This document shows, piece by piece, positions 17,049 to 27,184 of a stretch of DNA of 64,000 nucleotides. This stretch comes from Hydrocarboniphaga daqingensis (lineage in GTDB: Bacteria; Bacteroidota; Bacteroidia; B-17B0; Aurantibacillaceae), in NCBI GenBank assembly GCA_943362175.1, contig CALRIU020000004.1:120321-184320 (forward strand). Direction: 5' to 3'. Position numbers and translations under genes: made by a program. A model generated the notes under the pieces. It saw nothing but the letters and a program-made list of their open reading frames with translations. It made no database searches and was not told the origin of the DNA. How positions within the stretch are numbered: position 1 is the stretch's first letter; each line of letters begins with the position of its first letter.

Positions 17049-19673
17049 ATGGAAGAAAATACAAATAACGAACACAACGAATTAAGTACGGTGAAGCATG
17101 TGTCGGGCATGTTCAAGAACTGGTTTATAGATTACGCCAGTTATGTCATCCTGGAGCGTGCCGTGCCGGCCATGGAGGACGGGTTGAAGCCTGTGCAACG
17201 CCGGATCCTGCATAGCATGTGGGAGCTGGAAGATGGGCGCTACAACAAAGTGGCGAACCTGATCGGAAATACGATGAAGTATCACCCGCATGGCGATGCC
17301 AGTATCGGTGATGCGCTGGTGGCGATGGGGCAGAAGGACCTGCTGATTGATTGCCAGGGTAACTGGGGAAATATCCTTACCGGCGACAGCGCTGCTGCAC
17401 CACGTTACATCGAGGCAAGGCTTTCCAAGCTGGGACAGGAAATTATTTTTAACCCGAAAACCACGAACTGGGGCATGAGCTACGACGGCCGTAACAAAGA
17501 GCCGATCACCCTTCCTGTAAAATTTCCTTTAGTGCTGGCTCATGGCGTAGAAGGGATTGCTGTGGGTTTGGCTACCAAGATCCTGCCTCACAATTTCAAT
17601 GAGCTGATCGATGCTTCCATCCAGATCCTGAGAGGAAGGAAAGCCGTGATCTACCCGGATTTTATTACGGGAGGCATTGCCGATTTCAGCGATTACAAAG
17701 ACGGCCTGCGTGGCGGAAAAATTAAAGTACGCGCACGCGTGAAAGAGCTGAATTCGAAAACGCTGATCATTTCCGAAATTCCTTTCGGAACAACGACCGG
17801 CTCGCTGATCGATTCTATCCTGGCGGCCAACGAGAAAGGTAAGATCAAGGTGAAAAAGGTAGAGGACAATACCGCAGAGAATGTGGAGATCCTGATTCAC
17901 CTGCAGCCTGGCATCTCTCCTGATAAGACCATCGATGCCCTCTATGCCTTTACGAATTGTGAGGTGAGCATTTCGCCAAATGCCTGCATCATTGAGAATG
18001 AGAAGCCCCGTTTTGTAGGCGTAAGCGAGATCCTGAAAATTTCCACGCAGCAAACGCTGGAGCTGTTGCGCCGTGAGCTGGAGATCGAGCAACGCGAGTT
18101 GGAGGAGAAATGGCATTTTGCTTCTTTGGAAAAGATCTTCATTAAGCAGGAAATGTACATCGACTTCAAAAAATATTCGAACAGGGAGACCTTATTCGAG
18201 TACTTGTACGAGGCGTTCAAGCCTTATAAGAAAAAGCTGATCCGCGAGATTACCGATGAAGATCTGCAGCGCCTCACACAGATTCCGATGATCCGCATTA
18301 CCCGTTTCGATACCATCAAAGCGGAAGATCACATGAAAGAGCTGGAAGAGAAGATTGCAACCGTGAAAGGCCACCTGGCAAACCTGGTGGATTATGCCGT
18401 AGACTATTTCAAGAATTTAAAGAAAAAATACGGAGCGGGCAGAGAGCGCAAAACCGAAACCAAAGAGCTGGAGGCGATCAATGCCACACAGGTAATTATT
18501 GCCAGCGAAAAATTATACGTAAACCGCGCGGAAGGCTTTGCCGGTAAAAGTTTAAAGAAAGATGAGTTTGTGTGCGATTGCTCCGACCTCGACGATATCA
18601 TTGCCTTTACGAAGGAGGGAAAAATGAAGGTCTTCAAAGTATCTGATAAAGTGTTTATCGGCAAGGACATCATTTACATTGCCATCTTCAAGAAAAATGA
18701 TGAACGCACCACTTATAACATGATCTACACCGACGGGCCGAAAGGTGTCACCTTTATCAAGCGCTTTAATGTGACCGGTGTCACACGGGAGAAAGAATAC
18801 GACCTTACCAAGGGCACTCCGAACTCCAGCGTACATTGGTTTACAATCAATCCCAACGGGGAAGCGGAGAAGGTGCAGGTGATTTTAAAACCGGTGGCAG
18901 GCCTCCGTAAGTTTGAGCTGGATATTGATTTTGCAGACATTCCGGTAAAAGGGAGGGCTTCGACGGGAAATATTGTGACAAAGTATGCGATCAAAAAGGT
19001 GCTGCTTAAAACAAAAGGTGCGTCTACGCTGGCTGCCGAAGACTATTGGTTCAACGATGCCGTACACCGCCTGAATAAGGAGGGAAAAGGCACTTACCTG
19101 GGTAAATTTGCAGGCGATGATAAGATTCTGACCATTACCAGCAAAGGCCAGTATAAGCTGTATACCTATGATGTTCTGAACCATTTTGATGAGGACATTG
19201 TACTGATTGAAAAATATTATCCTGAGCTGGTGCTAAGCTGTATCTATTACGACGGCGAAAGCAAGTCGTACCTCACCAAGCGTTTCGTTCCCGAAAATAT
19301 TTCCACCAAGCAGTCGATCATTACCGAGCATGAGGAATCACGCATCGAACTGGTGACCTCACAAATTCAGCCGGTGGTGGATGTGAAGTTTGGAAAACAA
19401 AAGGACAAGGAGATTCCTGATGAGACGGTGAACCTCGTAGAGTTTGCGCCGATGGTGAATATGAAAGCCAAAGGAAAAAAACTAACCTCTTATAAAGTGA
19501 AAGAGATTAACCTGCGTATACCTGAAGAAATAGAGATGGAAGATTTTAGTGAAGAGGACGAGCAGATCGGGGATAACGGCATGTCGCCCATGGAGCTGCA
19601 TCGCAGGGCTATGGAAAAGCTGAATGGCAATAACATGAGGGATAAGGACGGGCAGATCAATTTTGATTTTTAA
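17049..19673 (+). CDS. parC: DNA topoisomerase IV subunit A
   Basis: 874 aa with RAVPAMEDGLKPVQRRILH, KYHPHGDASIGDALV and AAPRYIEARL (active-site Tyr region), plus a C-terminal beta-pinwheel-length extension. Confidence 0.85.
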   Translation: MEENTNNEHNELSTVKHVSGMFKNWFIDYASYVILERAVPAMEDGLKPVQRRILHSMWELEDGRYNKVANLIGNTMKYHPHGDASIGDALVAMGQKDLLIDCQGNWGNILTGDSAAAPRYIEARLSKLGQEIIFNPKTTNWGMSYDGRNKEPITLPVKFPLVLAHGVEGIAVGLATKILPHNFNELIDASIQILRGRKAVIYPDFITGGIADFSDYKDGLRGGKIKVRARVKELNSKTLIISEIPFGTTTGSLIDSILAANEKGKIKVKKVEDNTAENVEILIHLQPGISPDKTIDALYAFTNCEVSISPNACIIENEKPRFVGVSEILKISTQQTLELLRRELEIEQRELEEKWHFASLEKIFIKQEMYIDFKKYSNRETLFEYLYEAFKPYKKKLIREITDEDLQRLTQIPMIRITRFDTIKAEDHMKELEEKIATVKGHLANLVDYAVDYFKNLKKKYGAGRERKTETKELEAINATQVIIASEKLYVNRAEGFAGKSLKKDEFVCDCSDLDDIIAFTKEGKMKVFKVSDKVFIGKDIIYIAIFKKNDERTTYNMIYTDGPKGVTFIKRFNVTGVTREKEYDLTKGTPNSSVHWFTINPNGEAEKVQVILKPVAGLRKFELDIDFADIPVKGRASTGNIVTKYAIKKVLLKTKGASTLAAEDYWFNDAVHRLNKEGKGTYLGKFAGDDKILTITSKGQYKLYTYDVLNHFDEDIVLIEKYYPELVLSCIYYDGESKSYLTKRFVPENISTKQSIITEHEESRIELVTSQIQPVVDVKFGKQKDKEIPDETVNLVEFAPMVNMKAKGKKLTSYKVKEINLRIPEEIEMEDFSEEDEQIGDNGMSPMELHRRAMEKLNGNNMRDKDGQINFDF

Positions 19674-19754
19674 CAGAGTGTAGCATTGAACCGGCACCGG
19701 TGCTAAAACAGCAATCCGGGGTACGGAGAGATGCTGAAACAAGTTCAGCGTACT

Positions 19755-21008
19755 ATGTTTTTTTATAACCTCGGGATATATGCCTTCCAACTTGGATTAA
19801 AACTGGCTTCGCCGTTTAATACAAAAGCTAAATTATGGACGGAAGGAAGAAAAGGCTGGCGCCCGCATTTAAAGGAAGCTGTCGGAAGGCTCGACCTGAA
19901 ACAGTCCATCTGGCTGCATTGCGCATCCTTAGGGGAGTTTGAGCAGGGGCGGCCCGTGATCGAAAAAATAAAGCAGGACTTTCCAAACCAGAAGATCGTT
20001 TTGACCTTCTTTTCGCCCTCGGGCTATGAGATCCAGAAAAATTACCCTTTAGCAGACCTGGTAATCTATCTTCCGGCGGATACGCCCTTCAACGCCTGGC
20101 AGTTCCTCGAAATCCTGGAACCGAAAATCGCCATTTTTGTGAAGTACGAGTTCTGGCTCAATTACCTGTTTGGCCTGCACAAACGCTCCATCCCCACGTT
20201 CCTGATCTCTACGGTTATCAAAAAACACCAGACTTTTTTCAAATGGTATGGCGGTAACTTCCGTAAAGCACTGAAAACCTATCACACCATTTTCACGCAG
20301 GATGTCTATTCGCTTCGCCTGCTCAAATTGCTGAAAGTGGAATCGGGCTCACTGGCCGGAGATACCAGATTCGACCGGGTGTTGCAGATCTGCTCCTCTC
20401 CCAAATCCATCCCGGAGATCAAACACTTTGCAGAAAAAGCCTTTGTCGTAGTGGCAGGAAGCTCCTGGGAAAAAGACGAAGACTACCTGATAGAATCATA
20501 TACTGTTTTAAAAGAAAAACATCCATCGCTCAAGCTCATCATTGCGCCGCATGAGATCGATAAGAACACGATCGATCGCCTGAAGAATCTCCTGCACAAA
20601 TACCACATTCCTTTTCACCTCTTTTCCGATAACCTTACAACCTACACGCATCCGGTCCTGATCGTCAATGCCATCGGCTTTTTGTCGTCGGTTTATCAAT
20701 ATGGTACGGTAGCGGTCATTGGCGGAGGTTTCGGCGATGGCATTCACAATATCCTGGAGCCTACGGTTTATGGGCTCCCGGTGCTCTTCGGCCCTAACTT
20801 CGAAAAATTTAATGAAGCGCATGAGCTCCTGGATCTGAAAGCAGCTTTTGTGTACCATGATGCCAGAGAGATGACTAACCAGCTTCATAGCTTTATGGTG
20901 AGCCCGCAGGAGCTTTCGGTGGCCTCTTCACTTGCCAGGAACTATGTCCTTAAAAATTCCGGCGCTACCGATAAGATCGCGACAGTGCTGGAAGATTTTC
21001 TCCGTTAA
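19755..21008 (+). CDS. waaA: 3-deoxy-D-manno-octulosonic acid (Kdo) transferase
   Basis: Contains WLHCASLGEFEQGRPVIEKIK and a GT30 layout. The start is moved to MFFYNLGIY (ATG 19755), which matches the usual N-terminus. The ORF-track start is 19731. Confidence 0.88.
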   Translation: MFFYNLGIYAFQLGLKLASPFNTKAKLWTEGRKGWRPHLKEAVGRLDLKQSIWLHCASLGEFEQGRPVIEKIKQDFPNQKIVLTFFSPSGYEIQKNYPLADLVIYLPADTPFNAWQFLEILEPKIAIFVKYEFWLNYLFGLHKRSIPTFLISTVIKKHQTFFKWYGGNFRKALKTYHTIFTQDVYSLRLLKLLKVESGSLAGDTRFDRVLQICSSPKSIPEIKHFAEKAFVVVAGSSWEKDEDYLIESYTVLKEKHPSLKLIIAPHEIDKNTIDRLKNLLHKYHIPFHLFSDNLTTYTHPVLIVNAIGFLSSVYQYGTVAVIGGGFGDGIHNILEPTVYGLPVLFGPNFEKFNEAHELLDLKAAFVYHDAREMTNQLHSFMVSPQELSVASSLARNYVLKNSGATDKIATVLEDFLR

Positions 21009-21100
21009 TTTTTTTAATATTTTTTTGTTGGCATTTTTGTTTCCCGGAAGCCTGACGGGCTTGAATACTGGCTTATTCTCTACGTCTTTGGGCGAGCTGC

Positions 21101-21496
21101 TTGCTCCGGAGGAGCAATATGTTTATAGAAAAATAGCATCAAAGGCCCTGCACGCTCCGTAGGAGCGTTATGTTGTTCTTTTGCAAATTTGTGATAGAGT
21201 ACGTATACCTACGTCACGCCAATCCATATACCTATATCTTTCTACAAACATTCCGCCCCCCTACGGGCAATGTCATTAAGTTAAGAGAAACGAGACAATC
21301 GACATTTAACAGGGGCGATAAATGTTTGGCTCCTACGGAGCCAGTGTTATTTTGGTACGATATCTTAATAACATTTTGCTCCTACGGAGCAAGTTGTGCT
21401 TCATAATATCAATGGTTTTGCTCCGTAGGAGCCAAACATTTTGCCTCTTTCATTCAAACGAATCCTGCTTAACTTAATGACATTGCCCTACGGGGC
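21101..21496. repeat. Second cluster of the REP-like hairpin family, at least 6 copies in both orientations
   Basis: Copies are TTGCTCC-gga-GGAGCAA (21101-21117), ACGCTCC-gta-GGAGCGT (21152-21168), AAATGTT+TGGCTCC-tac-GGAGCCA (21320-21343) and TTGCTCC-tac-GGAGCAA (21376-21392). Also GCTCC-gta-GGAGCC+AAACAT (21420-21439), and GCCC-tac-GGGC-like ends near 21255-21268 and 21485-21496. Confidence 0.8.
21265..21488. repeat. 224-bp unit bounded by a 21-bp perfect inverted repeat (REPIN/MITE-like)
   Basis: GGGCAATGTCATTAAGTTAAG (21265-21285) is the exact reverse complement of CTTAACTTAATGACATTGCCC (21468-21488). Three REP hairpins lie between the arms. Confidence 0.6.
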
Positions 21497-21531
21497 TAAT
21501 GATAGTGACATCGCCCGGAGAAGTGTATCCT

Positions 21532-24500
21532 CTATTTCCTGCTCCTGATCTTTAAAGCCCTGTAATAAATAATAGGGAATACCAACAAGGTAAAGATGGA
21601 GGCTGTTACCAATCCACCGATAATGACTACTGCCAGTGGTTTCTGGCTTTCGGAGCCGATGCCGCTGCTCATGGCGGCAGGTAATAAACCAATGGCTGCC
21701 ATGAGTGCCGTCATCACCACCGGCCGCGTACGGGCTTTTACAGCCTGCTTGATGGCTTCTCCGAGATCGCTGATCGTCTTCGCCTGGTGATGGAACTCGG
21801 AGATGAGGATCACACCGTTCTGGACACAGATCCCGAAAAGCGCAATGAAGCCGACGCCTGCGGAGATCCCGAAATTAATACCCGTGACATGGAGGGCAAG
21901 GATCCCACCGATGATGGCAAAAGGGACATTGATGAGCACATAGCCGGCATCCTTGGCGTTCCCGAACATGATGAACAGCAACACGAAAATTAAGATCAGG
22001 CTGATCGGAACCATTTGTCCCAGGCGGGTGCTCGCACGCACCTGGTTCTCAAATTCGCCCGCCCAGCCGATGGTGTAGCCATCCGGCAGTTTGATGTTCT
22101 TCGCAACGTTGGCCTGTGCTTCGGCAATGGTGCTTCCGAGGTCGCGCTCGCGCACCGAAAATTTCACGCCGATAAAACGTTTGGTATTGTCCCGGTAGAT
22201 AAAAGCGGGCCCTGTGTTTTTGTCGATCGTTGCAATTTCTTTGAGCGGGATCTTCGTGCCTTTGATCGTCGGGATCATCAGCATCATAATGTCATCCTCG
22301 TTCTTCCGGTACTCGTGCTGGTAGCGGATGCGGATGTCGAATTTCCGCTCGCCTTCATATTTTACAGAAGCGGTTTTCCCACCGATGGCCATTTCAATAA
22401 CGGCCTCTGCATCTGCTTTGGTAACGCCGTACATGGCCATTTTTTCCTCATCCAGCTGGACCGCCATTTCCGGTTGCCCTAAATTTCGCAGGATCCCCAC
22501 ATCTTTAATGCCTTCCACATTTTTAATCTGCTCGAGCACCTGGTTGGCAATCTCATCCAGCTTGTTGAGGTCATCGCCGTAGATCTTGACGGCATTCGAG
22601 GCATTCATGCCCGCTACCGCTTCCGCTACGTTATCGATGATCGGTTGCGAGTAGTTATAGTTGATGCCCTGGTAGTTTTTCAGGCGCTTGTCCATTTCTT
22701 CCACAAGGCCGTCCATCGTGATTTTCCGCTTCCATTCTTCTTTTGGCTTCAGGTTCACCTGCATCTGTACATAGTAAAAGCCACTCGGGTCGGTACCGTC
22801 ATTGCTACGTCCCACCTGCGAAAGAACACCATTCACCTCCGGGAAGGAATTCAATTCTTTCCGGAGCGTGGTTACCATTTTCACCGTTTCATTCAGGGAG
22901 GTGCTCATCGGCAATTTGGCTTCTACCCAGAGCGCGCCCTCATTCAAAGGTGGTAAAAACTCGGAGCCCAGCCAGCGCGTCGAGAAGATGGTTAATACAA
23001 AACAGGAAATGGAAATGATGATCGAGAGGCGCTTGTTCCGGAAGGTCCAGTTAAAGCCACGGGTCACCATGCTATTGATAAAGTTGATGAAGAAGTTATG
23101 TTTTTCCTTCACATTCTTATTGAGCAGGATAGAGCTCAGAACGGGTACCAGGGTCAGCGTGAAGATCAGGGCACCCAATAAGGCAAAGCCTAAGGTATAA
23201 GCCAATGGCGAGAACATTTTGCCTTCTACTTTCTGGAATGCGAAAATAGGAAGCAACGCGGAGATGATAATCAGTTTAGAGAAGAAGATCGCCTTTCCCA
23301 TTTCGGCACCTGTCTTTTTGATCAGGCTCATTTTTGCCAGGCGGTTGAAGCGTTGCATGCCTTCCTTCGCCGCTTTATGATCGAGGGCCACAAAGATGCC
23401 CTCCACCATGACGACGGCCCCGTCGATGATGATCCCGAAATCGACGGCACCCAGGGAGAGCAGGTTGGCGCTCATACCTTTTAATTTCAGGCAGAGAAAG
23501 GCAAAGAGCAGGGATAAAGGAATGATGATCGACACGATGACCGTCGTTCGCCAGTCGGCCATAAAAATAAAGACGATCACCGTTACCAGGATAATGCCTT
23601 CCAGTAAGTTATGCATCACCGTTTTGGTACAGTAGCTCATCAGGTTATCGCGGTCGTAAAAGGTTTCCATTTTTACATCCGATGGAAGAACCTTTGTATT
23701 GAGCTCTTCTATCTTTGCTTTCACGCGTCCCAATACCTCGCTGGGGTTTTCTCCTTTCCGCATCACCACAATGCCTTCTACGGCATCGTCGTTGTCATTC
23801 AGGCCAACCTGTCCTACACGCGGCATGCTGCTTACCACGACGCTGGCTACATTTTTCACCAATAGAGGATTTCCATTATACGTATCCACAATGGTATTTT
23901 CGATATCCTGCATAGAGTTGTATAAGCCTATTCCACGCACCACATAAGCCTGCCCGTTTTTTTCAATGACATCGCCCCCCACATTCAGGTTCGATTTCGA
24001 AACGGCGGTAAACAGCTCTAAAGGCGTGAGGTCGTACTTTTGTAATTTCACCGGGTCGATGGAAATCTCATAGGTTTTTTCCTGCCCGCCGAATGCCACC
24101 ACATCCGCTACGCCCGGCACCGCGCGAAGCTGGCGGTCGATGGTCCAGTTCTGGATCGTAAGCAGGTCGCGGGTGTCGCGCTGCTTGCTTTTCAGCGTGT
24201 AACGGAAAATCTCGCCGGTAGGTCCGTATGGCGGCTGTACATCCGGATCCACACCTTCCGGAAGCTGTATGGTGCGCAACTGGTTGTTCACCTGCTGGCG
24301 CGCAAAGAAATCATCGACGTCGTCATCAAAAATGATCTTGATTACCGATAAGCCGAACATCGTGATACTCCGCACATTGGTTTTGCGTTGTACGCTATTC
24401 ATGGCAATCTCAATAGGTGTGGTTACGAAACGTTCGATCTCTTCGGCGCTGCGCCCGTTCCATTCAGTTACCACGATGATCTGCGTATTCGTGACATCCG

Positions 24501-24627
24501 GAAATGCCTCGATCGGAATATTGATATAACTGATGACGCCGCTGATCACCAAAATTCCTACCCAGAAAAATGTAAAGAATTTATTTTTTAAAGAAAAGGC
24601 CAGGATCCCTTTAATGAACTTGTTCAT
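21532..24627 (-). CDS. CusA/CzcA-family heavy-metal efflux RND transporter
   Basis: 1031 aa with 12-TM RND topology. AFPDVTNTQIIVVTEWNGRSAEEIE and SLGAVDFGIIIDGAVVMVE are typical of the HME-RND subfamily. Confidence 0.9.
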   Translation of the reverse strand: MNKFIKGILAFSLKNKFFTFFWVGILVISGVISYINIPIEAFPDVTNTQIIVVTEWNGRSAEEIERFVTTPIEIAMNSVQRKTNVRSITMFGLSVIKIIFDDDVDDFFARQQVNNQLRTIQLPEGVDPDVQPPYGPTGEIFRYTLKSKQRDTRDLLTIQNWTIDRQLRAVPGVADVVAFGGQEKTYEISIDPVKLQKYDLTPLELFTAVSKSNLNVGGDVIEKNGQAYVVRGIGLYNSMQDIENTIVDTYNGNPLLVKNVASVVVSSMPRVGQVGLNDNDDAVEGIVVMRKGENPSEVLGRVKAKIEELNTKVLPSDVKMETFYDRDNLMSYCTKTVMHNLLEGIILVTVIVFIFMADWRTTVIVSIIIPLSLLFAFLCLKLKGMSANLLSLGAVDFGIIIDGAVVMVEGIFVALDHKAAKEGMQRFNRLAKMSLIKKTGAEMGKAIFFSKLIIISALLPIFAFQKVEGKMFSPLAYTLGFALLGALIFTLTLVPVLSSILLNKNVKEKHNFFINFINSMVTRGFNWTFRNKRLSIIISISCFVLTIFSTRWLGSEFLPPLNEGALWVEAKLPMSTSLNETVKMVTTLRKELNSFPEVNGVLSQVGRSNDGTDPSGFYYVQMQVNLKPKEEWKRKITMDGLVEEMDKRLKNYQGINYNYSQPIIDNVAEAVAGMNASNAVKIYGDDLNKLDEIANQVLEQIKNVEGIKDVGILRNLGQPEMAVQLDEEKMAMYGVTKADAEAVIEMAIGGKTASVKYEGERKFDIRIRYQHEYRKNEDDIMMLMIPTIKGTKIPLKEIATIDKNTGPAFIYRDNTKRFIGVKFSVRERDLGSTIAEAQANVAKNIKLPDGYTIGWAGEFENQVRASTRLGQMVPISLILIFVLLFIMFGNAKDAGYVLINVPFAIIGGILALHVTGINFGISAGVGFIALFGICVQNGVILISEFHHQAKTISDLGEAIKQAVKARTRPVVMTALMAAIGLLPAAMSSGIGSESQKPLAVVIIGGLVTASIFTLLVFPIIYYRALKIRSRK

Positions 24628-24689
24628 GGTAATGCTGTTGATGCAACCGTTGTAGAGCGGAGGCAGGGTTAATAGCTATGAGAAAAATG

Positions 24690-25775
24690 TTAATCGTTTA
24701 AAGCATCGTAGATCAAAAGCCCGTTCTTGGAAATCACTTTTTCCCCGTCCCTGATGCCATCCCTGATATAAGCGATGTCGCCAACCTGGCTGTATACATG
24801 GACTTTCCGCGTTTCCACATTGTTGCGGTCCTTAAAGACCATGATCCAGTTTTTACTCTTGTCGAAGATCACGGACGAAGCCGGCACGGCGATCAGTTTC
24901 CGGTTCTCATTATAGCGGACAATGACCGTGGCATTCATCTCGGGCTTTAGCTTGAGATCATTATTGGGAATACGCACCCTCACTTTCATCGCTTTGGTTT
25001 CAGGATCTATGGCATTGAAGATCTTGTCTATTTTTCCCAGGTATTTGGTATCCGGAAAGCTCAGGGTGGTGACTTCAGCATCGTAGTCGATCTGCACTTT
25101 CGAAATGTCGCTTTCATTCACATTGGCCATCGCCCATACTTCGTTGATCTCGGCAATCGAAAACAAGGCATCCGATTTGTCGGCCCTCAGCTGCTCATTC
25201 TGGTTGATGTTCTTCTGCACAATAAAGCCGCTCATGGGAGCCGTTACATTGAAGACCGAGCCGGCCTGTAAATTATAAATGCCATACACTTCGTTGATAC
25301 GCGCGAGCTCTGCTTTGGCTTTTTCCAGCTCGCGCTCTGCTGCCAGCACATCTTTTTCGGTCGCCAGCTTACCGGCATACATGTCTTTGGCTACCTGCAG
25401 GTTCTTTTCCTCCACGGCTAAGTCACTTCTGGCATCGAGCTGCTCTTTCTGAAATTCGGCTACCTCGCCGCTTCGCACGGTTGCCAGCACCTGGCCTTTG
25501 GTCACATAGTCGCCCAGCTCGACATTGATCTTCATTACATTTCCACCGACAATAGAATAAACCTGCGCCAGCTTGTTGTTGTCAGGCTCTATCTTGCCGA
25601 ACAGGCGAAGCTCATTCCTGACATCCTTGAGCGAAGCTGTATAAAATTCACATTTGTTCATCATCGTATCGCTCATGCTGAAGGCTGTAGCGGTTTCAAC
25701 TTTTTTCTCATCGCTGCTGCAGGATTCGAGCGCAAACAGAACAGGCAGGATAAATAAGATGGAGTATTTCATCAT
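24690..25775 (-). CDS. Efflux RND periplasmic adaptor (membrane-fusion) lipoprotein
   Basis: 361 aa with a lipoprotein signal (LFALESCSS), a coiled-coil hairpin region and beta-barrel blocks. It lies directly upstream of the RND pump gene. Confidence 0.88.
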   Translation of the reverse strand: MMKYSILFILPVLFALESCSSDEKKVETATAFSMSDTMMNKCEFYTASLKDVRNELRLFGKIEPDNNKLAQVYSIVGGNVMKINVELGDYVTKGQVLATVRSGEVAEFQKEQLDARSDLAVEEKNLQVAKDMYAGKLATEKDVLAAERELEKAKAELARINEVYGIYNLQAGSVFNVTAPMSGFIVQKNINQNEQLRADKSDALFSIAEINEVWAMANVNESDISKVQIDYDAEVTTLSFPDTKYLGKIDKIFNAIDPETKAMKVRVRIPNNDLKLKPEMNATVIVRYNENRKLIAVPASSVIFDKSKNWIMVFKDRNNVETRKVHVYSQVGDIAYIRDGIRDGEKVISKNGLLIYDALND

Positions 25776-25800
25776 GTATAGGTATTAGTAAGAATAAGAA

Positions 25801-27069
25801 TTAAAAAATGTCTTTACCGGTAGTCAGGTTCAGCTGTTCGGCAGACGTGTTGAGCTGTACTTTCACTCTTGAGATCTCGGTCAGGGCATTATTATAAGCT
25901 TCAAAGAAATCGACAAACTCGAGGATGCTTACATTTCCTTTTCGGAAATTTTCCGAAATGCCTTTGAAAGAGGTTTCAAAATCTTCGTTGTAGAGCTTTT
26001 CCGTTTTCTGAAATTCAATGACCGATTGTATGTAGAGCTGGTAATAATTGAAGACATCGGCCAGCAGCTTGCTTTTAATGCCTTCGGTTTGATATTCCTG
26101 TTGTTTTACCTGGTAGGATGCCGCTTTGATGTTTCCCTGGTTCCGGTTCCATACCGGTAAAGGAATGCTTAAGCCAACATTGACCTGGTTCTGGAAAGCA
26201 CCGCCACGCTGGTCGTAGGAGCCTGTGAGGTTAATATCCGGCACCGCTAACTTTCGCTGGTAGGTGAGGTATTGCTCCGCGAAGATCTTGTCCTGTTGTG
26301 TGATGAGGTAATCCGGCCGGTTTTGCAAAGCGGTGTTCGTGAGGTCATCAAGACTTACAGGTTTAATAAAGGCGCTGAAATCCTGGTCGGAAACCAAAGG
26401 ATAAATGACCTGGTTCACCTGCAGGATTGTCTGAACCTTCGAGAGCTCTTCGAAATAATTTTTCAGGATCTCTGCCCGCTCGTTGTTCAGGTTCAGGTAA
26501 AAGCCTTTCAGACGCACCACATCTTTCAGGGCGATGTTTCCTTTTTTGGCCTGGGTATCATAAGCGGCAAGGATGGTGTCCAATAAATTCAGTTGTTTGT
26601 TATATTTGCCAATGAGAACGTATTGCTGGCTTAAAAAATACATGCTGCTGTGCAGCTGAAATTTTAGCTGGCTAAGCATTTGCTGGAATTCGAGCTCGGA
26701 AATTTTGACGTTGGTCTTTGCCAGGTCGATCTGCGCTTTCCGCTTGCCGCCCAGCAGGATCAGCTGCTCCAGCTGAAAGCCTTTTTGGCCGGAGTTATTG
26801 ACGTGGAAGGCCTGTTTGTTCTCCGGGTCGTAAGCATTGAGGTCGGCGGTAAACACCGGGTTTGGATAAAGCTTTGCCTGGATGATCTGCGCCTTTTGAG
26901 CGTCGATGTTCATCGCCGAAGCCAGGAGGCTGTAGTTGTTCTTTAAGAACAGGCTGTCCGCTTGTTTGATGTTGACACGTAGTGTATCTGCAGCCCTGAG
27001 GTTTTGTATGCTAAAACCTAAACAAACAAAGAATAACCCCAGGGCTTTTGCAGATAGTCTCTTAATCAT
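25801..27069 (-). CDS. TolC-family outer-membrane efflux protein
   Basis: 422 aa with a signal peptide and two repeated OEP-type halves (ALQNRPDY...). It is the first gene of the three-gene efflux operon. Confidence 0.85.
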   Translation of the reverse strand: MIKRLSAKALGLFFVCLGFSIQNLRAADTLRVNIKQADSLFLKNNYSLLASAMNIDAQKAQIIQAKLYPNPVFTADLNAYDPENKQAFHVNNSGQKGFQLEQLILLGGKRKAQIDLAKTNVKISELEFQQMLSQLKFQLHSSMYFLSQQYVLIGKYNKQLNLLDTILAAYDTQAKKGNIALKDVVRLKGFYLNLNNERAEILKNYFEELSKVQTILQVNQVIYPLVSDQDFSAFIKPVSLDDLTNTALQNRPDYLITQQDKIFAEQYLTYQRKLAVPDINLTGSYDQRGGAFQNQVNVGLSIPLPVWNRNQGNIKAASYQVKQQEYQTEGIKSKLLADVFNYYQLYIQSVIEFQKTEKLYNEDFETSFKGISENFRKGNVSILEFVDFFEAYNNALTEISRVKVQLNTSAEQLNLTTGKDIF

Positions 27070-27184
27070 AGTGCGATCTTTTTCGAAGACAAAGGTGTGA
27101 CGATCGGCCTTAAAATTTCCTTAAAGCATATAAAATTTGCCTTAAAACACTCTTTGAAAAGAGATTGTGATGTTAATTTGTGTT

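Noticed and set aside
14475-19673. Alternative call of the topoisomerase pair as gyrB/gyrA
   Set aside because: The subunit B is short (621 aa) with the N-terminus typical of Bacteroidota ParE, and the B and A genes are adjacent, whereas gyrA and gyrB are usually unlinked. The ParE/ParC call is kept, but only a phylogeny would settle it.
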